Assembly (NCBI GenBank): GCA_964484655.1
Contig: CAZAFA010000001.1
Span: forward strand, 97,518-161,517
Direction of reading: 5' to 3'
Source: an uncultured Candidatus Saccharibacteria bacterium
GTDB lineage: Bacteria > Patescibacteriota > Minisyncoccia > UBA6257 > 2-01-FULL-56-20
DNA: 64,000 bases
Shown here in pieces: positions 7,803 through 15,911 of this stretch. A program made the position numbers and the translations under genes. Position 1 is the stretch's first letter. The number at the start of each line of letters is the position of its first letter. Under the pieces are notes generated by a model. The model saw only the letters and a program-made list of their open reading frames with translations. It was not told where the DNA came from and did not search any database.

Positions 7803-8798
7803 ATGAAGCTATCTATCGGCATCGTCGGCCTCCCGAACGTGGGCAAGTCCACGCTCTTCAAGGCGCTCACCAAACAGGACATCGTCGTCGCGAACTACCC
7901 CTTCGCCACCATCGACCCGAACGTCGGCATCGTGAGCGTTCCCGACGAGCGCCTGGACGCGCTCGCGGCGATGAGCCAGTCCAGGAAGAAGGTTCCCGCC
8001 ATCGTCGAGTTCTACGACATCGCGGGCCTCGTGAAGGGCGCGTCCGCAGGCGAGGGTCTCGGGAACCAGTTCCTGACCCACATCCGCGAGACGGACGCGG
8101 TCGCTTTCGTGCTGCGCGTCTTCCAGGACGACGGCATCCACCACGTGGAGGGCACCGTGGACCCGGTACGCGATCTCGAGGTCATCGAGACCGAGCTCAT
8201 GCTCAAGGATCTCGAGACGGTCACGAAGCGTCACGCCTCGCTCGAGAAGGAGGCGAAGGCAGGCCTGCCCGGCGCGCGCGAGCAGCTCGCCGCCCTCGAG
8301 AAGGCCAAGGAGGCGCTCGAGGCGGGGCAGTGGCTGACGGAGTTCTCCGGCGAGGAGGCGGTGCGCGGACTGCAGCTGCTCTCCGCGAAGCCGCGCCTGT
8401 TCGTGATCAACGGCACCGAGGACGAGATCCCCGACGCGCTGCGCGACGCGGTCGCCGCGCGCGGCGGCGAGATGGTCGTCCTCGACCTCGCGGGCGAGCC
8501 CGACCTCGCGCCCCTGATCCGGAACGCGTACCGCATGCTCGGCCTCGCGAGCTTCTTCACCACCGGCGAGGACGAGACGCGCGCGTGGACGATCCGCGCG
8601 GGAGCGCTCGCGCCCGAGGCGGCCGGCGCGATCCATTCCGACTTCCAGGCGAAGTTCATCCGCGCCGAGGTCGTCTCCGCGAAGGACCTCCTCGAGCAGG
8701 GGAGCTGGAGCAAGGCGAAGGGCAAGGGCCTCGTCCGCCTCGAGGGCAAGGAGTACGCGGTCCAGGACGGGGACGTCCTCGTCGTCCGGCACGGGTAG
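7803..8798 (+). CDS. ychF: Ribosome-binding ATPase YchF
   Basis: GIVGLPNVGKSTLF, ANYPFATIDPN, DIAGLVKGAS.GEGLGNQFL. Confidence 0.97.
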   Translation: MKLSIGIVGLPNVGKSTLFKALTKQDIVVANYPFATIDPNVGIVSVPDERLDALAAMSQSRKKVPAIVEFYDIAGLVKGASAGEGLGNQFLTHIRETDAVAFVLRVFQDDGIHHVEGTVDPVRDLEVIETELMLKDLETVTKRHASLEKEAKAGLPGAREQLAALEKAKEALEAGQWLTEFSGEEAVRGLQLLSAKPRLFVINGTEDEIPDALRDAVAARGGEMVVLDLAGEPDLAPLIRNAYRMLGLASFFTTGEDETRAWTIRAGALAPEAAGAIHSDFQAKFIRAEVVSAKDLLEQGSWSKAKGKGLVRLEGKEYAVQDGDVLVVRHG

Positions 8799-8921
8799 TT
8801 GACTTTCCCGTCAAACTGCGCTATAGTCCCATCCGGATGAGTGAAAGTGCATGTTATTAATGTGTCACTAGCTCCTCTGCTTGGCACCACGGCCCCCGCA
8901 AGGGGGCCGTGGTGTTCCTTT
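8799..8921 (+). ncRNA. Candidate small RNA unit C (promoter, ~85-nt transcript, terminator)
   Basis: TTGACT-N17-TATAGT; 13-bp GCAA-capped terminator at 8885-8914 followed by TTCCTTT; only ORFs of 7 aa or less inside. Confidence 0.5.
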
Positions 8922-8957
8922 ACCCTCCCTTGAAACCGGTTCTGATATACTCGTGGA

Positions 8958-9097
8958 AGGTCTTTCGCAGGAGCGTTGCGAGCGGGTGTGATGCGAGCAC
9001 TCATCTACCACAAGCAGACGGAGGTCCACCCGTCACACTCGCTCGGAACGCTGCTGAAGGAGAACGCGCCGTCATGATGACGGCGCGTTCTCCGTTC
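8958..9097 (+). ncRNA. Candidate structured RNA unit D (long stem plus terminal hairpin)
   Basis: Extended -10 TGATATACT (8943-8951); 8972-8991 pairs with 9033-9052; 16-bp hairpin at 9059-9093. Confidence 0.5.
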
Positions 9098-9182
9098 CGA
9101 TGCGCGATGCGCGCGCGTGTATGACGCGATCATGCGCATCGCATGATCATGAAAAAAAGTTTTCGCGCATGTCGCGATGCAG

Positions 9183-9191
9183 TTATCCACA
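9183..9191 (+). promoter_or_regulatory. Consensus DnaA box
   Basis: TTATCCACA exact match in an intergenic region. Confidence 0.5.
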
Positions 9192-9297
9192 CGTTCGCGC
9201 GCATGCCGTTTACTACAATTAGATACAAGAACGTGCAACGTTCTCGTCGGATGCAATCCATAGTCGACAACCGACGTCACACACCACACTTGCTTCC

Positions 9298-9483
9298 ATG
9301 GCCAAGAAAGCAGCACGCAAGTCCACGAAGAAGACCGTGAAGCGGGCTTCGAAGAAGACTGTGAAGAAGGCGGCGAAGAAGACCGTGAAGAAGGCGGCGA
9401 AGAAGACCACGAAGAAGGCTTCCCGCAAGACCGCTAAGAAGTCCACGAAGAAGGCTTCGAAGAAGACGGCCCGCCGTCGCTAA
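9298..9483 (+). CDS. Histone H1-like Lys-rich nucleoid protein (Hc2-like pentapeptide repeats)
   Basis: 61 aa of KK(T/A/S)xx repeats; terminator hairpin at 9503-9532. Confidence 0.8.
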   Translation: MAKKAARKSTKKTVKRASKKTVKKAAKKTVKKAAKKTTKKASRKTAKKSTKKASKKTARRR

Positions 9484-9570
9484 GTACGACATTACCCACT
9501 TACGCAAAGCCCCCGATTCCGGGGGCTTTGCGCGTCTGCGGCCGGCCGACCGACCTGCTAGGATAGGGGT

Positions 9571-9903
9571 ATGAAGACCTCAATCCACTACGAGAACGTC
9601 GATCGCTCGCCGGCCCTGGAGGACCTCATACAGGGGAAGATGGCATCCGTGGCGACCATCCTCGCGGCCTACGACGCGGACGACGCCGTAGCCTGCAACG
9701 TGACGGTTGAGCGCGCCACCGGCCACCACCACGGCGACGTGTACGCCGTCCGCGCGACCGTCGAGGTGAACGGTACGGTCCTGACCGCCCATGCGACCGG
9801 CGACGACCCGTACAAGCTCGCCGACGAGGTGCGCGACACGCTCCACGGCGCCGTCCAGCGCTTCAAGGAGCAGGACGTTGCGCGCCGCCACGCCGAGGGC
9901 TAA
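9571..9903 (+). CDS. HPF/RaiA family ribosome-associated protein
   Basis: Fold pattern (NVDRSPAL...HHHGDVY...DPYKLADEVRDTL); located upstream of secA as usual. Confidence 0.8.
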   Translation: MKTSIHYENVDRSPALEDLIQGKMASVATILAAYDADDAVACNVTVERATGHHHGDVYAVRATVEVNGTVLTAHATGDDPYKLADEVRDTLHGAVQRFKEQDVARRHAEG

Positions 9904-9926
9904 GCTCACGCGGCACATCTCCTCAC

Positions 9927-12506
9927 GTGATACGGATCATCCGCAATATTTTCGACCGCAAGGCGCTCGCCGGCTACCGGAAGCGCCTGGTGCCGATCGC
10001 AGACCTCGAGCCCGAGCTCCAGGAGCTCGCCGACGCGGCGATCACCGAGCGCAGCCTCGCGCTCCGCGACAAGCTCCGGTCCGGGGCCCTGTCCGTCGAC
10101 GAGGCCATGCCGGAAGCGTTCGCGCTCGCCCGCGAGGCGGCCCGGCGCACGCTCGGGCAGCGCCCGTACGACGTCCAGCTCATCGGCGGCATCGTGCTCT
10201 ATGAAGGAGGGATCGCCGAGATGGGAACCGGAGAGGGAAAGACCCTCGCGGGCGTGGCCCCGGCCTACCTGCATGCCCTGACCGGGCGCGGCGTCCACAT
10301 GGTCACGGTCAACGAGTACCTGGCCCGCCGCGACGCCGTCTGGATGGGCCAGATCTACCGCCTGCTGGGCCTCTCGGTCGCGTGCCTCGTCCCCGAGGCG
10401 GCCTTCGTCTACGACGCGGACTTCAAGGGCGAGGAGAACGCCGAAGAGGACCGCGACGAGACGGGCGGCTTCAAGGTGCACCAGGAGTTCCTGCGCCCGG
10501 TCTCGCGCCGCGAGGCCTACCTCGCCGACGTGACCTACGGCACGAACCACGAGTTCGGCTTCGACCATCTCCGGGACAACCTCCAGTACCGCGCCGAGAT
10601 GCAGGTCCAGCGCCCGCACTACTTCGCGATCATCGACGAGGCTGACAGCATCCTCATCGACGAGGCGCGCACCCCGATGATCATCTCCGCGCCGGACCGG
10701 GAGAGCAGCGAGATGTATCGCACCTTCGCGAGCATCGCGCGCCGCCTGCAGCGCGACACGCACTACGAGGTCGACGAGAAGTACAAGGCGGTCACCATGA
10801 TGCCGGAGGGCATCGAGGAGGTGGAGCGCATCCTCGGCATCGCGAACCTCTACGCGCCGGAGAACGTCCGCCTCGTCCGCTACCTCGACGAGGCGCTCAA
10901 GGCGGAGTCCCTCTTCATCAAGGATCGCGAGTACGTCGTCCGCGAGGGCGAGATCCTCATCGTGGACGAGTTCACGGGCCGCATCCTCGCCGGGCGCCGC
11001 TACAGCGGGGGACTGCACCAGGCCATCGAGGCCAAGGAGGGCGTGAAGGTGAAGGAGGAGAGCCGCACGTACGCGAAGATCTCCGTCCAGAACTACTTCC
11101 GCCTCTACGAGCGGATCTCCGGCATGACCGGCACCGCCGAGACCTCCGCCGAGGAATTCCACAAGGTGTACGGCCTGCCCGTCGTCTCCGTGCCGCCGCA
11201 CCGCCCGGTGGTGCGCCAGGACCTGCCGGACCTCGTCTACAAGAGCCGCGAGATCAAGTACCGCGCCATCGCGGCGGACGTGAAGGAGCGGCACGAGAAG
11301 GGCCAGCCGGTCCTCATCGGCACGACCTCGATCGAGAAGAACGAGGAGCTCTCCGCGTATCTCGATCGCGCCGGCATCCCGCACAGCCTCCTCAACGCCA
11401 AGAACAACGAGAAGGAGGGTGCGACGATCGCGCAGGCCGGCCGCAAGGGCGCCGTCACCGTCGCCACGAACATGGCCGGCCGCGGCGTCGACATCATCCT
11501 GGGCGGCAACCCGTCCACGAAGGAGGAGGGGGACGAGGTCCGCGCGCTCGGCGGCCTGCATGTGATCGGCACGGAGCGGCACGACTCGCGCCGCGTGGAC
11601 AACCAGCTCCGCGGCCGCGCCGGACGCCAGGGCGACCCGGGATCCTCGCAGTTCTTCCTCTCCCTCGACGACGACCTCATGCGCATCTTCGGCGGGGACC
11701 GCATCAAGGGCCTCATGGAGCGGTTCAACCTCCCCGAGGACGAGCCGATCCAGATGGCCATGGTCACGCGCGCCATCGCGGAGGCCCAGTCGAAGGTCGA
11801 GGGGTACCACTTCGACAGCCGCAAGCGCGTCATGGAGTACGACGACGTGCTCAACAAGCAGCGCGCGGCCGTCTACGCGAAGCGCCAGCAGCTGGTCGAC
11901 TCGCGCACCGGCGAGGACGTCGCGCGCGAGGTCGGCGAGGCGGCCCGCGCCTTCCTCGACCGGGTCCTCGGCAAGGACGGCGTGGTGCCGGACGGCAGCG
12001 AGCCGCTTGCCGAGCTCCAGAAGCTCTTCGCCGAGGCGGGCATCACCGACGCGGAGCATCCATGGCCGGAAGGGCACGTCGACGTGGCGCACCTGCAGGA
12101 CCTCATCGACCACCGCAGCGCCCACGCCGCGACCGATCCGCAGACCCTCGGCCGCCTGCTCGGCATCCTCGACCAGCTCTGGATGACCCACCTCGAGGAT
12201 CTCGAGGACCTGGATCAGAACGTGCGCCTGCGCGGCTACGCCCAGCGCGACCCGCTCGTCGAGTTCCGGCGCGAGGCTTCCGAGTACTACGAGCGCATGT
12301 GGAGCAACTACGAGGAGTGGGTCTTCATGAACGCCATCCGCCTCGCGCAGCCCGGCGATCCCGCCGCTGCGTTCGAGCTCCCGCAGCAGAACGCGCCGAA
12401 GGCCGCCGAGCTCGACGACCCGAAGTTCCAGAACGTCGGCCGCAACGATCCCTGTCCGTGCGGCAGCGGCAAGAAGTTCAAGAAGTGCCATGGCGCAGGA
12501 CTCTAG
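9927..12506 (+). CDS. secA: Preprotein translocase SecA
   Basis: EMGTGEGKT, IIDEADSILIDEARTP, ATNMAGRG, SEC-C motif GRNDPCPCGSGKKFKKCHG. Confidence 0.98.
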   Translation: MIRIIRNIFDRKALAGYRKRLVPIADLEPELQELADAAITERSLALRDKLRSGALSVDEAMPEAFALAREAARRTLGQRPYDVQLIGGIVLYEGGIAEMGTGEGKTLAGVAPAYLHALTGRGVHMVTVNEYLARRDAVWMGQIYRLLGLSVACLVPEAAFVYDADFKGEENAEEDRDETGGFKVHQEFLRPVSRREAYLADVTYGTNHEFGFDHLRDNLQYRAEMQVQRPHYFAIIDEADSILIDEARTPMIISAPDRESSEMYRTFASIARRLQRDTHYEVDEKYKAVTMMPEGIEEVERILGIANLYAPENVRLVRYLDEALKAESLFIKDREYVVREGEILIVDEFTGRILAGRRYSGGLHQAIEAKEGVKVKEESRTYAKISVQNYFRLYERISGMTGTAETSAEEFHKVYGLPVVSVPPHRPVVRQDLPDLVYKSREIKYRAIAADVKERHEKGQPVLIGTTSIEKNEELSAYLDRAGIPHSLLNAKNNEKEGATIAQAGRKGAVTVATNMAGRGVDIILGGNPSTKEEGDEVRALGGLHVIGTERHDSRRVDNQLRGRAGRQGDPGSSQFFLSLDDDLMRIFGGDRIKGLMERFNLPEDEPIQMAMVTRAIAEAQSKVEGYHFDSRKRVMEYDDVLNKQRAAVYAKRQQLVDSRTGEDVAREVGEAARAFLDRVLGKDGVVPDGSEPLAELQKLFAEAGITDAEHPWPEGHVDVAHLQDLIDHRSAHAATDPQTLGRLLGILDQLWMTHLEDLEDLDQNVRLRGYAQRDPLVEFRREASEYYERMWSNYEEWVFMNAIRLAQPGDPAAAFELPQQNAPKAAELDDPKFQNVGRNDPCPCGSGKKFKKCHGAGL

Positions 12507-13002
12507 GCCGCTCCTGATCGCGACCATCGGCTGCCCGGGCTCAGGCAAGAGCTACCTCTCCGCCCTGCTCGCAGCCGACCTGCGCGCCGCGCACCTGCGC
12601 AGCGACGACTTCCGCTTCTGGCTCTTCGAGGAGCCGACGTTCTCGTCAGAGGAGCATGCAGCCGTGTTCGGGCTCATGGACAACATCGCCGAGAAGCTCC
12701 TCTCGACCGGCGTGTCCGTGGTCTACGACGCCAACTTCAACTTCAAGCGCCATCGCGACGCCGCCCGGCGCCTCGCGGAGCGGTACGGGGCGCAGTTCGT
12801 GCTCCTGTACGTCGACACGCCGCTCGAGGTAGCGATCGAGCGCGCGGCGAACCGTGCCACGCACCAGCTTACGCGCGAAACGGTGGAGCAGATGAGCGCG
12901 GAGATCGAGTCATTCCACGACGAGGGCGCGATCCACGTCGACGGAACCCTCTCGTACGAGGACCAGCGCGACGAGCTCCTCGCGCGCATCGACCGGGGTT
13001 AG
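12490..13002 (+). CDS. AAA_33 / polynucleotide-kinase-like P-loop kinase
   Basis: GCPGSGKS, LRSDDFR, VVYDANF...R motifs. Confidence 0.85.
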   Translation: MAQDSRPLLIATIGCPGSGKSYLSALLAADLRAAHLRSDDFRFWLFEEPTFSSEEHAAVFGLMDNIAEKLLSTGVSVVYDANFNFKRHRDAARRLAERYGAQFVLLYVDTPLEVAIERAANRATHQLTRETVEQMSAEIESFHDEGAIHVDGTLSYEDQRDELLARIDRG

Positions 13003-13003
13003 G

Positions 13004-13477
13004 ATGCCGGACATCCACGAGCGCATGGCCGAGATCGCCGAGGGGATCTTCGGCACCGAGGCCGATCCGGACCAGATCCCGATCACCGACGAGTCCCGGG
13101 CCAAGCTCGATACGCTCACGCCGCACTGGTTCCGCCACCGCCTCGACGAGAGCGGGGAGCCGATCGCCTGGGTCGTGGTGGTGCCGACGGACCGCGACCT
13201 CGCGGAAGCCTTCCTGCGGGGCGAGATCCCCGAGCGCGCGCTCCTCGACCGCGCGGAGCCGCGGGAGCGCTATGACGCGCTCTACCTGTGCGCGGCGATC
13301 ACCGTTCCCGGTCACCGGCGCAAGGGACTCGCCACGACGCTCTTCCAGGAGGCGTTGGAGGCTATCCCGCATACGGAGGACTGCCTCCTCTTCACCTGGC
13401 TCTACAGCGAGGACGGCCGGACCGCGTTCGCGTCCGCCGAGCGCAAGCTCGGGCGGCCCATCCGCGCCCGTACCTGA
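13004..13477 (+). CDS. GNAT-like protein
   Basis: Acetyl-CoA motif A-like VPGHRRKGLATTL. Confidence 0.65.
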   Translation: MPDIHERMAEIAEGIFGTEADPDQIPITDESRAKLDTLTPHWFRHRLDESGEPIAWVVVVPTDRDLAEAFLRGEIPERALLDRAEPRERYDALYLCAAITVPGHRRKGLATTLFQEALEAIPHTEDCLLFTWLYSEDGRTAFASAERKLGRPIRART

Positions 13478-13480
13478 CCC

Positions 13481-13990
13481 ATGCGCGTCTTCGTCGCCCT
13501 CGCCCTCCCGCCCGAGCTCGTCGCGGCAGTCTTGCGCTACCAGGAGCTCCTCAAGGATGTCCCCGGCGTGCGTCTCCTCGACGCAGAGGGCCTGCACGCG
13601 ACGGTCATACCGCCGTGGGACGAGCGCGATCCCGATGCGGTGCTGCGCGACTTCGCCGCGATCGACAGCGGTCCGCTGACGCTCCGATTCGACCAGGCGT
13701 CCGTCCGTACCGACCCCGGCAAGCCGGGCCTCGGCGGCCTCCTCTGGCTGGGCGCGACCGCGACGCCCGAGACGCGCAGCCTCTGGCTGCAGGCCTGGCG
13801 TGCGCTCATGAGCCAGGACCCGCCGCGCCCGCCGCTGCCGCACGCGACGGTGGCGCGCTTCCCGCACGACGCGGCGCTGCCGGAGCTGACGCCGCTCGAG
13901 CCGCTGACCGTCGCGCTCGACCGGCTGTGCCTGTACGAGAGTCAGGGCGACCTCCGCTACCGCGTCGTCGGCGAGCGGCGCCTCGGCTAG
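13481..13990 (+). CDS. 2H phosphoesterase (RNA 2',3'-cyclic phosphodiesterase, ThpR/LigT family)
   Basis: MRVFVAL start and two HxT motifs (LHATV, PHATV). Confidence 0.88.
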   Translation: MRVFVALALPPELVAAVLRYQELLKDVPGVRLLDAEGLHATVIPPWDERDPDAVLRDFAAIDSGPLTLRFDQASVRTDPGKPGLGGLLWLGATATPETRSLWLQAWRALMSQDPPRPPLPHATVARFPHDAALPELTPLEPLTVALDRLCLYESQGDLRYRVVGERRLG

Positions 13991-14022
13991 TTTATGGAGC
14001 CTTTATCTCCGAGGAGTACGAT
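13991..14022 (+). promoter_or_regulatory. Putative OmpR-type direct-repeat box plus -10 element upstream of the response regulator
   Basis: TTTATG-N5-TTTATC-N9-TACGAT, matching 961-992. Confidence 0.6.
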
Positions 14023-14028
14023 GTGCGC

Positions 14029-14700
14029 ATGCGCATCCTTCTGGTAGAGGACGAGCCGAGCATCGCGGCGTACCTTGCCAAGCGCCTCGAGGAACAGAGC
14101 TTCGTCGTCGACCGCGCTGAGGACGGCGCAGAGGGCTCCTTCCTCGGGCGCACGAACGAGTACGATCTCGTCATCCTCGACAACCTGCTCCCCAAGAAGC
14201 TCGGCATAGACGTGGTGCGCGACCTGCGCAGCCGCGGCAAGACGATGCCGATCCTCATGCTGTCGGTCCGGGGCGACGTCGAGACGAAGGTCGAGCTCCT
14301 CAACGCAGGCGCCGACGATTACCTCGCCAAGCCCTTCTCCTTCGACGAGCTGCTGGCGCGCATCGGCGCGCTGCTCAGGCGGCCGCCGCACGTGACCAAG
14401 CCCGTGCTCAAGGTCGCCGACCTCATGCTCAACGAGGCGACGCACGAGGTCCGCCGCGGCGGGAAGGAGATAAGCCTGACGCGCAAGGAGTTCTCGCTGC
14501 TGCGCTACCTGATGCGCAACGCCTCGGTCGTGCTCTCGCGCGGCCTGCTGCTCGAGCACGTCTGGAATATCGACATGGACCCGTTCTCGAACACGGTGGA
14601 AGCGCACATCGCGAGCCTGCGCCGCAAGGTGGACGCGCCGTTCGGCAAGAAGCTCATCAAGACGGTCCTCGGCAGGGGATACAAGATATCCGCGCGTTGA
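14029..14700 (+). CDS. OmpR/PhoB-family response regulator
   Basis: MRILLVEDE, LVILD, GADDYLAKPF, wHTH with IKTVLGRGY; true start lies within track ORF 13288-14700. Confidence 0.95.
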   Translation: MRILLVEDEPSIAAYLAKRLEEQSFVVDRAEDGAEGSFLGRTNEYDLVILDNLLPKKLGIDVVRDLRSRGKTMPILMLSVRGDVETKVELLNAGADDYLAKPFSFDELLARIGALLRRPPHVTKPVLKVADLMLNEATHEVRRGGKEISLTRKEFSLLRYLMRNASVVLSRGLLLEHVWNIDMDPFSNTVEAHIASLRRKVDAPFGKKLIKTVLGRGYKISAR

Positions 14701-15224
14701 AGTCCCTACCACAGCTACTAGCACCGCGAGAACGGACGTTCTGCTCGATCGACTTCGGCAACGTCAATCGCTGGTTCGTCCGCGACGGACTTGAGATTGA
14801 CTTAGCCGGTCTCGCCGCCTGCGCTTCATCGCTCGCTGCTCGCACGAATTTCTATTACGGGCATGATGCGCAGAAGCCGGGATCGCTGGCATTCCTTAGC
14901 CAGACGCGCTTGCATTTCGGACGTTCTCGCGTCATCACGAAGCCGATCCAGAAGATAGCCACTGCCTCCGGCCAGCCGATTCTCAAGGCGAACTTCGATG
15001 TCGAGATAGCTGTCGATGCGATGAGGCTCATGGAGCATTATGATGCTTTCGTACTCTTATCCGGCGATGCCGATTTCGCCTACCTGCTCAAGAGGCTGCG
15101 CGAGGCAGGAAAGAAGACGATTCTGATCAGGAAGGGATACATCGCGTATGCCTTGCGTGATGCCGCAGATCTCGTCCTTGATGCTGCTGACTTCGCAGAA
15201 TCCATAACTAGACCGCCCCGCTGA
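14697..15224 (+). CDS. NYN (LabA/DUF88, PIN-like) domain protein
   Basis: IDFGNV, KANFDVEIAVD, LSGDADF motifs; lower GC than neighbours. Confidence 0.88.
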   Translation: MKSLPQLLAPRERTFCSIDFGNVNRWFVRDGLEIDLAGLAACASSLAARTNFYYGHDAQKPGSLAFLSQTRLHFGRSRVITKPIQKIATASGQPILKANFDVEIAVDAMRLMEHYDAFVLLSGDADFAYLLKRLREAGKKTILIRKGYIAYALRDAADLVLDAADFAESITRPPR

Positions 15225-15281
15225 TGCGGGGCGGTCTGGAGAGCAGGTCCGCTATCGCGGACGCCTCGTTTTCACGAGCAT
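15205..15281 (-). ncRNA. Candidate small structured RNA convergent with the NYN gene
   Basis: Minus-strand TTGAAA-N17-TATGAT (15314-15286), two tetraloop hairpins, and a 12-bp hairpin at 15210-15237. Confidence 0.5.
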
Positions 15282-15314
15282 CCTCATCATAGCGTCATCC
15301 GAGCCGCTTTTCAA

Positions 15315-15911
15315 CTAGTGCCGGTTGTCGAGCGAGTAGCCGAGCGTGTCCTCGTCGGCGAACTCGATCTCGCCGCCGCGCGGCAGGCCTCTCCCGAGCT
15401 GAGTCACCTTGCGCGCCGAAGGCGCGAGCGATCGCGATACCGCTTCCGCGAGCACCGTGCCCGCGGGGGACGCGGGAAGGCCGAGGATCAGCTCGTCGAG
15501 GCCGCCTGACGCGGCTACGCGCGCCGCGAGCGCGCCGAGGCGCTCCTGCTGGGCAGGGGAGAGCGCGCCGCCGCGCGGGAGCGTCCCCACGATGAAGTAG
15601 CGCCCAGCGTACCGGCCGGTTTTCTCCATAGAGAGGAGGTCCGTCTCCTTTTCGACCGCCATGAGGATCCTCGGCGAGCGCTGCGGGTCGCTGCAGATCT
15701 CGCAGCGCTCGCTCTCGCCCTCGTGCGGGAAGCCGCAGTCCGCGCAACGGGTGACGCGCGGGAGCGCGCCGAGGGCCTGGACGAGGCGCTCCTGCTCGGC
15801 GGCCGGCATGCCGGAGACGTGCACCGCGAGGCGGATCGCCTGGCGCGGGCCGATGGACGGCAGCTTCGCGAGGGCCTCCGCCAGGTGACGGAGCGTGGGC
15901 GGCAGGCGCAT
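15315..15911 (-). CDS. recR: Recombination mediator RecR
   Basis: LPSIGPRQA HhH, C4 zinc finger, Toprim, GGEIEFADEDTL. Confidence 0.95.
   Translation of the reverse strand: MRLPPTLRHLAEALAKLPSIGPRQAIRLAVHVSGMPAAEQERLVQALGALPRVTRCADCGFPHEGESERCEICSDPQRSPRILMAVEKETDLLSMEKTGRYAGRYFIVGTLPRGGALSPAQQERLGALAARVAASGGLDELILGLPASPAGTVLAEAVSRSLAPSARKVTQLGRGLPRGGEIEFADEDTLGYSLDNRH

Noticed and set aside
9098-9297. Replication origin
   Set aside because: Only one clear DnaA box, no obvious DUE, and no dnaA or dnaN nearby.
9298-9483. 15-nt tandem DNA repeats as a non-coding repeat
   Set aside because: Explained by the pentapeptide repeats of the H1-like protein.
13288-14028. Apparent 470-aa response regulator with a long N-terminus (similar extensions at 48191, 54543, and 52821-54584)
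   Set aside because: The extensions overlap other bona fide genes; internal ATGs match the family N-termini.
15220-15292. Hammerhead-like words (CTGATG; TGATGAG...GAAA)
   Set aside because: The CUGAUGA/GAAA core and the three stems cannot be assembled on either strand.
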